From positions 473,132 to 537,131 of the forward strand of contig CM119266.1 in assembly GCA_051294375.1 (NCBI GenBank): a stretch of 64,000 nucleotides of DNA, in the 5' to 3' direction. The notes beneath the pieces are model-generated. The model made no database searches. It was given only the letters and a program-made list of their open reading frames with translations, and was not told the DNA's origin. Made by a program: the position numbers and the translations under genes. Positions 33,601 through 45,800 of this stretch are shown here, piece after piece. This stretch comes from Paraspadella gotoi (Eukaryota; Animalia; Chaetognatha). Each line of letters starts with the position of its first letter. Position 1 is the first letter of the stretch.

Positions 33601-36047
33601 ATGAAATCAAATTTTCACTCAAATTTTAAAAAAATCGCGGATTTTTTGGAAATAAACGTCACTGATGAATATTTAAAGTAAACATAATGTAAAATAGTTT
33701 CATTTTACTAAAGCGTATTTCTAATTATGTTTTAGTATTTTAATCTTTTTTTATATACTGAACCTCCTGACAATTTTGATAAATATTACCCTTATTCAAC
33801 TAAAATACTTCGACCAGGCTTATCGAGGAGAAAACCACGATCTCGCGCATGACGGAGTGGGCTTCAACGACAGAAAGTCCCAAGGATATGAAGCCGCCTT
33901 CCATATTTTACCGGAAGGGCGCCGTCGGTGACTGGAAGACCTTGATGGACGAGGACATGGCCAAGACAATCGACGACAAGTTTGAGAAGATGAGACCCAT
34001 CCTCCAAGGGTGGGAGGATTTCGACGTGTCGGAGTAACAATGACTATTTTTTGGATATTCATTCTACCTTGTTTAGAATTAGCATAAATTTGTACAACTA
34101 TTGGTACAACTAATATAAAAAATATTCATTAATGTAATAAACAAGATCTCTGATTTATCTTGGACTTGACTTTTAAAAAATACCAAGAGTAGCGTAGCGT
34201 CTACTACATCAGACACCGAAACCGCTCGTGCTGCCATCTCTCTTCGTATTTGTCTAAATGTTTGTTTTTTTGCTTATTGTTCATAATATAAATAAGTCCG
34301 ATTAAAAGACGTCCACATCTCATTTGAAAGATTATTGGTGAAAAATAAATTTAATAAATATAAAAAAAACAGCTTAGTATTCAGCAGAGGCAAAAAAAAA
34401 TTTGAAAAAACTTTTTAAATTAAAATATGATTTTTAAATGTGGATAATTTACGTACATCTACTCATTCCTCAACCCACAGCGCGTTACTCTTCCTTCCAT
34501 TCGACCTTCCCCACCCTTATTTACCTCCCGCCCTTTTAACTCACCCGTGTAGGCCCCGATGCTGCCGCCCTGGCATCCAGCTAGCAGCCGCTTCACCCGC
34601 TCAACGACGTCCTTGGGAAAGGCGACGACGTCCAAGAGCTCCGGATGCAGCAGCGCCGCCATCGTCTGACGAATGAAGGTGATTGGCTGCATCCCCACCG
34701 CGTGACAGTCGCCGATGTTGGCGCGGGTCACTTTGGAGAAGGGGTACTTCTTGCCCTAAAGAGGGCGCAGGGGGGGGGATGCGAGGGGATAGGGACATCA
34801 TACGGGAAACTATTTAATTTTTTTAATCTCTTTTTAATCAACTAATTATCTGATTTTTTAAACAACGCCCTCAATCTTTTTTTTAATTGCATATTAAATC
34901 GGATAATTAATTAATCATGCAATAATCTCAATGAAATTCTAACGGTTAAATCAAGCATTCCCTCCTAGAAATAGAAAAAAAAATCGTCATTTTGTCAATT
35001 AATTAAACCAATTAAACAAATGTTGGCCGTTATTTTCATCATTTACATCAATCAAATCAATCGAGCAAATCGATCTACGTTTATTTCGAACAATCAAATC
35101 AATCAATTAATCAATCGAACCGCCGAAACCTGCGCCAACTCCTTCTCGATGGACAGAGCCTTGGCGACGATCGGCCCGCGGACGGCGTACTCCACCTTCT
35201 TCACCCGCGGATTCAATGTCTCCTCATTGAGGATTTTTTCGTACTGAAATTTGTGGGCGGAGGTGGGATGGGGGGGGGGTAGCCGGATAGGAATTTGAGG
35301 GGAAAGGACAGGGATCGAGCGGGATGAATTAAGGAAAAATGGGTTGCGCGGGAAAAGATGAATAGAATGGTGATTCCGTCGTATACTCAAAGGTCATCTC
35401 GTGGCGTTATGTTCACACCGCTTCATGTCCTGCTTCATTCAGCCAATCCCATTGAGGGGATAAAGCACCATTCCAACCGTGCGTTCTTACCACCTAAGTG
35501 TTGTCAAAGCGAGACCGTCCTAGCGTAACGGCGCCAGTGGCATGCGGCGTCACTGAGGGTCGGAAGCCCCAACAGCAAACGTTGAGATGCTCCATCCAAA
35601 TGGGCTAACGGGCAACCAGGCTGTTGCTATATTCTAATGGTTAGCGCCTAGCGGGTCATCTTCCCCCGAAATACCGGATTCACAACGTTGAATCTTGCTT
35701 TCTCTACCTTCTAAAGTTCCTCTATTTTTTTTACCTCGCTTTCATTGAACTTGAACGATTTATGGACAGAATACTAAACGATAAATCGTCAGCCCGAACG
35801 CTCCCTCAACAACGCCCTCCCCTTTCCCCACGGACCAACCTGACAGTTCATGCTGGCCTTGGGCTTCTTCCTCTTCGGCAAGCAGGGATCTTGGCCGCAA
35901 GGGTCCGGCTTTCCCGGGAGCTCCTTGACCTCGCAGGGTCCGTCCACCGTCGCGCAGCTCGGGGGGAAGAGGCCGCGTCGCTTCGTCTCGGAGCGGATGA
36001 ACCAGCAGGAGCGGCGGGGGACAGGGGAGAGGGGGGAGCTGGAGCAT
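25567..36047 (-). CDS. GPT: Alanine aminotransferase (PLP-dependent), multi-exon
   Basis: Exons ~36047-35841, 35243-35130 ([16 protein letters not shown]), 34755-34545 (RANIGDCHA), 28921-28824, ~28656-28518 (GASDGI...[13 protein letters not shown]), ~28270-28130 (VINPGNPTG), ~27680-27466 (LADEVYQ...SFHSMSKG with the PLP Lys), ~27262-27088 (CGFRGG), ~26322-26165 (GAMYAFP) and ~25780-25567 ([22 protein letters not shown]). The start codon is uncertain. Confidence 0.92.
26758..26829 (+). repeat. 72-nt perfect inverted copy of GPT last-exon sequence inside a GPT intron
   Basis: Exact reverse complement of 25592-25663. Also present in the redundant copy (~14363-14436). Confidence 0.85.
27744..27909. 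repeat. ~55-bp minisatellite, 3 units
   Basis: Mirror of 12917-13410 with fewer units. Confidence 0.8.
29614..32192 (+). CDS. Cytosolic sulfotransferase A, nested in a GPT intron
   Basis: ATG at 29614. 5'-PSB motif [21 protein letters not shown] (catalytic His), 3'-PB motif [12 protein letters not shown], and C-terminal [14 protein letters not shown] introns. Confidence 0.92.
29818..30745. mobile_element. Penelope-like element with inverted hammerhead-bearing arms, in SULT-A intron 1
   Basis: Inverted arms ~29853-30020 and ~30580-30745. The tail on the left arm is homologous to 10451-10486. 13-bp direct repeat atatatttattta at 29805-29817 and 30746-30758. Interior 30500-30580 is homologous to 10180-10260. 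Confidence 0.8.
30649..30696 (+). ncRNA. Hammerhead ribozyme motif (degenerate mirror at ~29903-29947, minus strand)
   Basis: atcg-CTGAAGA-agactctt-caaata-aagagtt-GAAAC-TTGTC-cgac. Confidence 0.7.
32618..34037 (+). CDS. Cytosolic sulfotransferase B, tandem paralog nested in a GPT intron
   Basis: ATG at 32618. [40 protein letters not shown] and [10 protein letters not shown]. Same seven-exon layout as SULT-A. Confidence 0.93.
35498..35576 (+). ncRNA. Candidate twister ribozyme, P5-type permutation (imperfect P1/P2)
   Basis: gtgttg-tcaaa-gcga-GA-CCG...UAA-cggc-GCC-[agtggc...gtcact]-GA-GGG-TCGGAAGC-CCC-caaca. Loop CGG is complementary to the CCG after GA (T1 pseudoknot). Second copy at 44844-44921. 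Confidence 0.5.
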
Positions 36048-36546
36048 ATTGAGTGAGGGGTGGGTGGAAGAGTGAGTGAATGATTAATTGGTTCATCGGT
36101 CGATTCAGTCACACATTCTCTCATTGTTTAATAACAAAATGTTAGATAAATTTGTAGTTACCAGTTATAAGTTTCGAATTGGCAAAGAATTCGCGATAAA
36201 ATGGGCCGGCCGAGGGGGGTTTAAGAGTACTTAAGAAAAATCCTAGGTCTAGATGCCCGGATGCCGGTGGTGACGCAAATGTGGACTAAATTGTCGCCTC
36301 AAAGAAGAAGAATTGTTGGAGCGATTGAGAGGTGAGTGATTGAAGGTAAGTGACGTAGGGTCAGTGGAGTTGACGACGAAAATTGAAAAGAAAAATGAAA
36401 GAAAAACAAATACGAGAAAGATTTTCTTCGTCGAGGAAATGAGGATTACGAAATGGAATGGGTCAATGGAACAGAGCCGGTTGGCGAGATGGAGAGAGAG
36501 AGATGGAGAGAGCGATGCAAGAGAGAGAGAGACAGAGAGAGGGAGA

Positions 36547-36592
<46 letters not shown>

Positions 36593-37849
36593 GAGGCAGG
36601 AGAAAGAATCGCGGAATGCCATCCCTAACGATGATGAGGAGGAGGAAAAGTTTTGGATACCGGAGGAGGAAGAGAAGAAAAAGAAGGAAGAGAAAGAAGA
36701 GAAAAGAGAAAATAAAAGAAGTGAAGACAAAAGACAACCTTTTCGAGGAAGAAAAGACATATTCAACACAATTTTTAAAAAAATATTACATGAAACTAGA
36801 TCATCGTACTCATCAATTAATACAGATAGTAAAAAATGACACAAAGTAATACAACATCATACTTTCATTGTGTTGGTAAATATAGTCCTAGATAAAGTTT
36901 TTACGATGTCTGCAAATCCAAATAAAACCAATCAGAGGTAAACCTGCGTAAAAGAGTTTTAGCGGCGACAGACGAGACGTGCATGGTTCATTATCATGAG
37001 GAAAAAAAAAAGAAAAAAAAATTAAAAAATGTATAAAAAATAAAAGAGAGAGTAGACGGATTTTTAAGTGAACCTTTTAAAGGAATGGGCTTTCGTTAAA
37101 AAAAAACTAATAGTTCGTTTCGCATTTTATGAAATCATTATTGTTTAAAGCTTTATTTTCTTATTAAACGTTTTTGCTATTCAGTTTCATTCCAGAGTTT
37201 ATTAAATAAATGCGATTAAAGAATTAATTGATTGAATATTCACAGTAATCGAGCGATAATTTTTATTTAATATTTAATACACAACACAACGAAAGAAAGG
37301 ATTTCGCACAATATTGGTTTCGATATAAGTAAACCAGAAATCAGACCTTCTTCAAGCATAAATGACTTACCTTCAAAGTTGAAAAAATTGTTAATCCTTT
37401 AAGTTTAAGGTCACCAATTTTCAAAATCGCCGAATTAAGAATCACAGGCAAAAAAGTTTCCAGTTAAATCAGCTCGTCGGAATTTCGCCGGTTACGACAG
37501 ACACTTGATTGGTCCAGCTTTTCCGATACAATTTGAGGTTAGACTTGGCGTGACATTAAGATCGAAGCATGCGATTAATACTAGAATAATGAGAAAATTT
37601 GAAGACTGTACTCTGAGGCCATGAGATTATCAACCGTTTGGAACAGTTCGGTTGATGGTTAGTTAATAAAGTTATCCTTCAGAAAATCACTTGATTTTGT
37701 CGCCTTCTACTTGGTAAAGTTTTGCTTTTATGTTAATTTTTGTTACATATATCCAGAGGAGGTAGTATATTAGTTAACTCTACAACTGAAAGAAAATTTG
37801 TAATCTCTGCGGCTTAAATAAGAAAAAAACCAAAGGCGTCAAAGGCCGG

Positions 37850-38020
37850 ACTGTCCAGTGGCGCAGGACGCCGAGCCCTCTTTTCTTTTTCTCGGGGTTT
37901 CTGAATCGACAACCAATGGCGGTCGAGGTCGACAACTCCGCCCGCAGCGTGGCGCGCGTCATGAGTCAAGTCGCAAGATTACTTAGATCAAACGCCCCCG
38001 CTGCGCTTTCGTATCCCACT
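37850..38020. promoter_or_regulatory. GC-rich candidate promoter upstream of GPT
   Basis: CpG-rich island with CCAAT, CCGCCC and TGAGTCA. A minus-strand splice donor at ~37370 suggests a 5' UTR exon downstream of it. Confidence 0.35.
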
Positions 38021-41000
38021 AGACTTTTAAAATAGGTTAATGCAATATGAAGTCATATTTCGGAGAGTTTGAGGATAATAACATTTACTAATATCAAACA
38101 CAAAATATTTTCAAATTTTTCTAATCTGAGAAAATTTTAATTTTAATTTTGGTTCTAATTTATTCAAATTTTAAATATTAAAATTTACTATAAAAAGGGA
38201 AATTTTTGAAATGATGCCCACATCACATCGATCTGATTTTAGATTTTCACCTAAATTGATCAAACCTTTATAAAAAAATTTTAAGAAGAAAAGCCGGGTT
38301 AGTGATTTTCGTAAGAATCGCCCGAAACCAAAACTTGTTCTTTTGAGAAAAGTTTGAGAAGACAAAGATCAAAGTTCCTTTCCTTTCGTTTCGATAATAA
38401 ATTAATAAAATATTGTTGGCTGGAAAAGTGATTTTTAAACTTAAAAGTGTCTGCGGGCGATAGGAAAATGTCGTAAACATAAAAAATATAAAAGAAAATG
38501 TAAGAAAAATTAATTAAAACCAATATCTCTACGCATTGAACAAGGCTGTCCCGTACATCAGCACCGTAATATCTCTGAGCACAATGGTCCAGGTTCTAGT
38601 CATGATCTGAAAGTCAAATTGTCAGAACGTAACGCCGGTTAAACGCTGGCCATAGGTAACCGCCGCAAGTGACCGGTTGCGTCGGAAGCCCCTAACGTAG
38701 ATACCTCACCCGAGAGCTAATATCATATATATTTTTATATTTTTTTATGCCGGTCCCTGGAGGCATGATATCAATATTCACTGCAAAAAACCGTTTTTAA
38801 ATTCCTACAATGATTTCTGAGATATAGTCATAAACGTCAGCCTTGAAAGGCAAAATTGTTCAGAATAAAATTTTCAAGTTTCTTCTTAGATTTCTGACGC
38901 GCTAGTACAAACTATTTAAAAAAAAGAGGAAACGTTTAACTGATTTCTCCAACATAATCGATAAATGAGTAAGACAATTGGGTACACCTGATAGTCATAA
39001 GTCTCTAGAGGGCAGAAAATTTTTCTTTAGGTTTTATTTTGAAATTTAGGTATTGTACCAATAGGATAAATTGAGATACTCCTGCTCTGCCGAAATTTTT
39101 ATTTAACAAAGATTTGTACTGCGTATTTCAAATCTTTAGTCTCTAACGGTAAAAAAAGTTATTTTCTTGAATAACTTTTGAAAGAAAAAAGATAGGAACG
39201 TGGGCGAGGTATTAAATTTAAGCCCTAATCATGGGACACCTTTCTAAATAAGTTATTAAATTTATCCATAAATCTTTACACAGCCTTTATTTAAATCGGA
39301 GTTAAAAGTATAACAGTTTTTTTGCATTAAAAATTTCATTGAAGCTATATGAAATTTGTGTTGTTTTTCTTTCTTAATTTGAAAAAGGAAAGACTAAATT
39401 ACATTTTGATTACAATTAAATTTTCTTTACTGCATAAAATTGCTTGCATTTTTCAGTTAAAGTAAAAAACAAGCAAAAATTTATGTAGTAGCTTGATAAA
39501 ATGTTTTTTTGAATATAAAAAATGATAAATACAAAAATGTTTTCAGCTTAATAATAAACAGTCTGGACGTCTACCTTCTTGTCTGTGGGAGAAAAAATCG
39601 TCATTTTTCAATATCTTCAACTGCAACAAAAAGCTTGACACACTGCTTGTTTATCATAATAAAATTTTTAAAAATTACATAGCTGAGGACATATTTGACA
39701 AAGCAAAGACATCATTGTGTTAAATTGTATTGATAATTTTTTTTTAAATAGAAAAAAAGATAATTTATTTTTAGCTTTCTTTTTATTTCTTCTTAAAATA
39801 AAAATTTCAGTGAAGAAAAAAAAAATTAAAAGTCTACTCATCTTGAATGTCATTGTTTACTGATTAAAAGGTAAAATTTTTTAATTCGCCCTTTTGCCCC
39901 AAGCCCCAAGACATGGAAGTGCCTAAACTTTTAAAAACATTTTTACTTGATGTGCATACAAGGCAGAAACCCGCATTCTGAATTTTTGTATTTTCCCTTT
40001 CAACATATTAAATAAAAATAATTATTTTCGAGATGTTCGACGGTGACAATGCACTGGTAAGGCTTCGTTACCTCACTTCCCGAATGAATTTTTAAACGAG
40101 GATTTTTTTCCGTCTATTCGAGACATAACACCTAACTATTGATATTACTAGTTTTTTGATTCACACAATCTACTTCGGCGTAATCAGAGAAACGTTTAGC
40201 GTGTCAAAAAAATAGGGTAAAAAATGAGTAAAACGTTCTGACAAAATTAAAAATCGATGGAGGAATCTACCTAACGCAACGTGGGTGAGATGCGCCACCA
40301 ATCTGGGCATCACAGGCAACCCCGACGGTTGCTATAATTTTAAAACATGTACAAAATGTAGAAAGAAAAATCAACCCGCCTTTGAACCGAATTCATGTTT
40401 TTCATATCGAACAATTTCGATGAAGCCAGCTCAGGATTTGTATTTTATTTCCTTTTAGTATAAGATATATTTTTATGAAAAGATTTACTTTCATAGAACA
40501 AGGGGCGTCGAACTCACTTCCCAATACTGTTCGCCCCATGAATGTTAATCCGTTGATAATAATAATGTTTATCCTGCAAGACTTTCGCAGCAAGTGAGAA
40601 AGCAGTTATATCCTTTAAGGCTCCGGTTAAATATCTCGGTTTCTTGAACGATCTATAAGGAAATCTTTGAATCGCACGAGGCTGTTAATGTAGTTAAAAT
40701 GTCACTGTGACTTAATTGACATTTTTGAACAGGTTCAGTCAATCCAGTTTTTGAAGAAAACATTTTTACAGGTGACTAAGTCGTGGATGTTTGCCATACC
40801 TTGCATGAGTTAAAGAAATAAATTTGATTCATTGATTGTTTAAAAATTCGTTTTTATTTTTTAAAATAATAACGGTAAAGCGACAGTAGTACAATACGAA
40901 ATCTACGTATAAAAATAAGCGCCTTCGCGAAGAATACTGCCAACTAGAATTTTAGATAGGTCGATTTGTTGCTGAATATAAAAATTCTTTAAACATAACT

Positions 41001-41186
41001 AACCAACCAAAATCTATATCAGTAATACATTGGAATGTTTAAAGTGTAATGAAAAATAACACGAAAATATAAAGGTATAATATATCCAAACTAGCAGAAA
41101 AACTGCGTAGTGTACTTTGTACATACTGTAAGCTAAAGCCCAAACTATAACTCAGCTACTAGGTCATCGCTTTATCAACCAAACGC

Positions 41187-41480
41187 TTTTTAGTTGCGCC
41201 GCGAGTACTCGCGGAGCAACTCTATAAGTCACTTTTCGGTCGGTCGGTTTGTCGGTCCGTCGGTATGTCTGTCGGTCGGTTTGTCCCACTTACGTTAAAA
41301 ACGCTTATAACTTGCTTATAGTTTGTTGCTCATTCGTTAAAAATCAAATCTAAGCGACTGCTGGCGCCACCTTCTGTTTTTAAAGAAATCTTAAAGAAAT
41401 CTTAAAGAAACTATAAAGAATAAATGACATAAAAAGAAAAGTAATGCGGCGCAACACCTTGGAATAACCGTTCCTTGTTT
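41187..41480 (+). mobile_element. DINE-1/HINE-like element, second family (copies at 50586-50880 and, truncated, 59905-60156)
   Basis: ttttagttgcgccgcgagtactcgcggagcaactctat hairpin start, (GTCG)n tract, subterminal IR gcggcgcaa and a 3' hairpin before a T-run. Confidence 0.6.
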
Positions 41481-41884
41481 TTTTTCAAATTTCAATATTT
41501 CCTATATTCAACGGCTTTAGTATGCATCCGTGAAATAAAAGATAAAAAAAATGATGGAAAATCTATAAGTATAATATCTTCAAAAGTTGTCTTTCATTTT
41601 GATTATAAATAAAATATATATAAACTTACTATTTTTTCATTTATTTTATTTTATCTTCCTCATAACATAGTGCAAAATATTTTACAATGTGCTTAAACTT
41701 TTGAAAATATATTGACCGTTCTTAAAATAGAAAAAAGAGGAGAAAAGTCTCATCCATTAACAACATTGTGGTATTTTTTGGAAACAAAGAAACAAGGAAA
41801 CAACCCACGAGGTCCGAGGTCCAAGGACGGAATAGATAGAAGTTAATTCTCTTTAAAAAATCGTTTTAATGATCATAAACCATT

Positions 41885-42744
41885 TTAAAATTTAGTAGAT
41901 TCGTCGGCGCCCTTAGGAGCGTCGTCCTCGAAGGTGGGATTCGGGGTTCCCTCCAAACGCGAGACCGGAGGATCAATCGTCTTCGGACTCTCGACGAGCA
42001 GCTGCGGCGGTGACTCTGGGCTCTTCAGGGCTGTAACGTCTTCAGCCGCGGCCTCCAGCTGCAGCGCCACTCCGGGATAGAAGAGCATCGCCGCGAAAAA
42101 GTCCTCGACGGGATTGCCGTTGATGTGGAGAAGCTCGCGGGCCGTGATGCGGACGCTGGTCACCATCGCTGGAGGAAAGGGTTTGGGGGGGAGGAGTCGT
42201 TGGACGCAGGAATATTTAGTTCATGAAATTGATTAAATTAGTGACGAAAAGAGAATCAATGTTTAATCAACTTACAAACTAAGAGTAAGTAACAAAGTTA
42301 AGCATAAAAAATATATAACACTAAAAAATCAAATATTGTTGTCTTTGATTGACGACAAAGACTCTTGCCTGCTTAAATTCAAATAAAAAAAAACAACGTA
42401 AAAAAAAAAACAATGGAAATATAAGAAAGACCACAATTGTATTTCTCACAAACCCGCGTGTGCCAAGTACACTATCCACGCCATCGCCCACAGTCCGTAC
42501 AGTGCAACATCACAAGCGTGGAGAACGACGAAGAGGAGGAGAGCGAAGGCCATGGGCACCGCGTAGAGCCACGCCCTCGACGAGCCCGCCATCCGTGCCG
42601 CGGCCACGCCCACCGTCCACGGCGCCGCGAGGACGTTGACGAAGAAGGAGAGGGTGAGACGGGGGTTCCAAGTGCAAAAGGGATCGAGAAGAGAGACACG
42701 GAACTTGGGGTCACGGATGAGGTCAATCTCCATGAATTCGTGCT
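41885..42744 (-). CDS. BCCT-family transporter, last two exons
   Basis: HEFMEIDLIRDPKFRVSLLDPF...WAMAWIVYLAHAG and MVTSVRITARELLHINGNPVEDFFAAMLFYP...STKF*. Linked to the BCCT core exons in the other copies. Confidence 0.75.
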
Positions 42745-42848
42745 GGATTTGGATTTGATTTGATTTGCATTTGATTTGGATTTGGATTTGATATGGATTT
42801 GATTTGATAGGGATTTGATTTGANNNNNNNNNNNNNNNNNNNNNNNNN

Positions 42849-45800
42849 ACTACCGACCATATTACGAAAAGTTTGGTTGGAAGGGAAAATGTACATGTAA
42901 TTCAGTTTGAGAAAAATGAAATCAAATTTTCACTCAAATTTTAAAAAAATCGCGGATTTTTTGGAAATAAACGTCACTGATGAATATTTAAAGTAAACAG
43001 TAATGTAATAGTTTCATTTTACTTAAAAGCGTATTTCTAATTAATTTTTAGTTTTTTATCTTTTTTTATATACTGAACCTTCGCTGAACAATTTTGATAA
43101 ATATACCCTTATTCAACTAAAATACTTCGACCAGGGCTTATCGAGGAGAAAACCACGATCTCGCGCCATGACCGAGTGGGCTTCAACGACAGAAAGTCCC
43201 AAGGATATGAAAGCCGCCTTCCATATTTTACCGGAAGGGCGCCGTCGGTGACTGAAGACCTTGATGGACGAGGACATGGCCAAGACAATCGACGACAAGT
43301 TTGAGAAGATGAAGACCCATCCTCCAAAGGGTGGGAGGATTTCGAACGCGTCGGAGTAACAATGACTATTTTCTTGGGATATTCATTCTACCTTGTTTAC
43401 GAATTGCATCAAATTTTGTACAACTATTGGTACAAACTAATATAAAAAAATATTCATTATATGTAATAAACAAGATCTGCTGATTTATCTTGGACTTGAC
43501 TTTTAAAAATACCAGAGTAGCGTAGCGTCTACTACATCAGAGACAACGAAACCGCTCGTGCTGCCATCTCTCTTCGTATTTGTCTAAATGTTTGTTTTTT
43601 TTGCTTATTGTTCATAAATATAAATAAGTCCGATTAAATAGACGTCCACATCTCATTTGAAAAGATTATTGTGTAAAAATAAATTTAAATAAATATAAAA
43701 AACAGCTTAGTATCGCAGAGGCAAAAAAAATTTGAAAAAACTTTTTAAATTAAAATATGATTTTTAATGTGGATAATTTACGTACATCTAACTCATTTCC
43801 TCACCACAGCGCGTTACTCTTTCCTTCCATTCGACTTCCCCGCACCCTTATTTACCTCCCGCCCCTTTTTAACTTCACGCCGTGTAGGCCCCGATGCTGC
43901 CGCCCTGGCATCCAGCCTAGCAGCGCTTCACCCGCATCACGACCGTCCTTGGGAAAGGCGAGACGTCGCAAGAGCTCCGGATGCAGCAGCGCCGCCATCA
44001 GTCTGACGAATGAAGGTGAATTGGCTGCATCCCCACCGCGTGACAGTCGCCCGATGTTGGCGCGGGTCACTTGGAGAAGGGGTACTTCTTTGCCCTAAAG
44101 AGGGCGCAGGGGGGGGGATGCGAGGGGATAGGGACCATCATACGGGAAACTAATTTAATTTTTTTTTAATCTCGTTTTTAATCAAACTAATTATCTGATT
44201 TTTTAAACAACGCCCTCAATCTTTTTTTATTGCATAATTAAATCGATAAAATTATATCATGCATATCTAAATGAATTCTAACGGTTAAAATCAAGCATTC
44301 CCTCCTAGAAAGTAGAAAAAAAAAAACTCGTCATTTTGTCAATTAATTAAACCAATTAACAAATGTTGGCCGTTATTTCATCTATTTACATCAATGCAAA
44401 TCAATACGAGGCAAATCGATCTACCGTTTATTTCGAACAATCAAATCAATCAATTAATCAAATCGAACCGCCGAAACCTGCGCCAACTCCTTCTCGATGG
44501 ACAGAGCCGTTGCGACGATGGCCCGCGGACGGCGTACTCCACCTTCTTCACCCGCGGATCCAATAGTCTCCTCATGAGGATTTTTTCGTACTGAAATTTT
44601 GTGGGCCGGAGTGGATGGGGGGGGGTAGCCGATAGGAATTTGAGGGAAAGGACAGGGATCGAGCGGGATGAATTAAGGAAAAATGGGTTGGCGGGAAAGA
44701 TGAATAAGAAGGTGATTCCGTCGTAATACTCAAAGGGTCATCTCGGTGGCGTTATGTTCACACCGCTTCATGTCCTGCTTCATGTCAGCCAATCCCATTG
44801 AGGGGATAAAGCATCATTCCAACCGTGCGTTCTTACCACCTAAGTGTTGTCAAAGCGAGACCGTCCTAGCGTAACGGCGCCATGGCATGCGGCGTCCACT
44901 GAGGGTCGGAAGCCCCAACACAGAAACGTTGAGATGCTCCATCCAAATGGCGCTAACGGGCAACCAGGCTGTTGTATATTTACTTAATGGTCTAGCGCCT
45001 AGAGGGTCATCTTCCCCGAAATACCGGATTCACAACGTTGAACTTGCTTCTCTACCTTCTAAAGTTCCTCTATTTTTTTTACCTCGCTTTCATTGAACTT
45101 GAACGATTTATGGGACAGAATACTAAACGATAAATCGTCAGCCGCGAACGCTCCCTCAACAAACGCCCCCCCTTTCCCCTACGGACCAACCTGACAGTTC
45201 ATGCGGCCCTTGGGCTTCTTCCTCGTTCGGCAAGCAGGGATCTTGGCCGCAAGGGTCCGGCTTTCCGGGAGCCTCCTTGGAACCTTCGCAGGGGTCCGTC
45301 CACCGTCGCGCAGCTCGGGGGAAGAGGCCCGCGTCGCTTCGTCTCGGAGCGATGAACCAGCAGGAGCGCGGGGGACAGGGGAGAGGGGGGAGCTGGAGCA
45401 TATTTGAGTGAGGGTGGGTGGAAGAGGAGTGATGATTTAATTGGTTCATTCGGTCGATTCAGTCACACATTCTCTCATTGTTTATAACGAAAATGTTAGT
45501 ATAAATTTTGTAGTTACCAAGTTATAAAGTTTCCGAATTGCAAAGAATTCGCGATAAAAAATGGGCCGGCCGCAGGGGGGTTTAAGAGTACTTAGGAAAA
45601 ACCTAGTCTAGATCCCGGATTGCCAGGTGGTGACGCAATGTGGACTAATTGTTCGCCTCAAAGAAGAAGAAATTGTTGGAGCGATTGAGAGGGTGAGTGA
45701 TTGAAAAGGTAAGTGACGTAGGGTCAGTGGAGTTGAACGACGAAAATTGAAAAAAAAAAATGAAAGAAAAACAAATACGAAAAGATTTTCCTTCGTCGAG

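Noticed and set aside
35585-35620. HDV-like ribozyme (ccat-ccaa-atgg-GCTAA)
   Set aside because: No matching P1/P1.1/P2/P3 nested double pseudoknot could be built.
36249-36849. Arg/Glu- or Ser/Leu-rich ORFs (also 5890-6129, 15131-15563, 25793-26072, 45724-46197, 61843-62126)
   Set aside because: Translations of (GA)n/(CT)n microsatellites.
37300-37360. Hammerhead on the minus strand (cttgaagaagg...cgaaac)
   Set aside because: Core and cleavage triplet are degenerate; at most a decayed Penelope remnant.
38620-38700. Second twister-like string (cgtaacgcc...gtcggaagcccc)
   Set aside because: P4, P2 and T1 cannot be formed in the correct order, and the redundant copy at ~48030-48100 lacks the loop.
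38021-41160. Transposase or gene in the 3-kb AT-rich block
   Set aside because: No credible ORF, TIR or protein motif was found by eye; possibly decayed DNA-transposon sequence.
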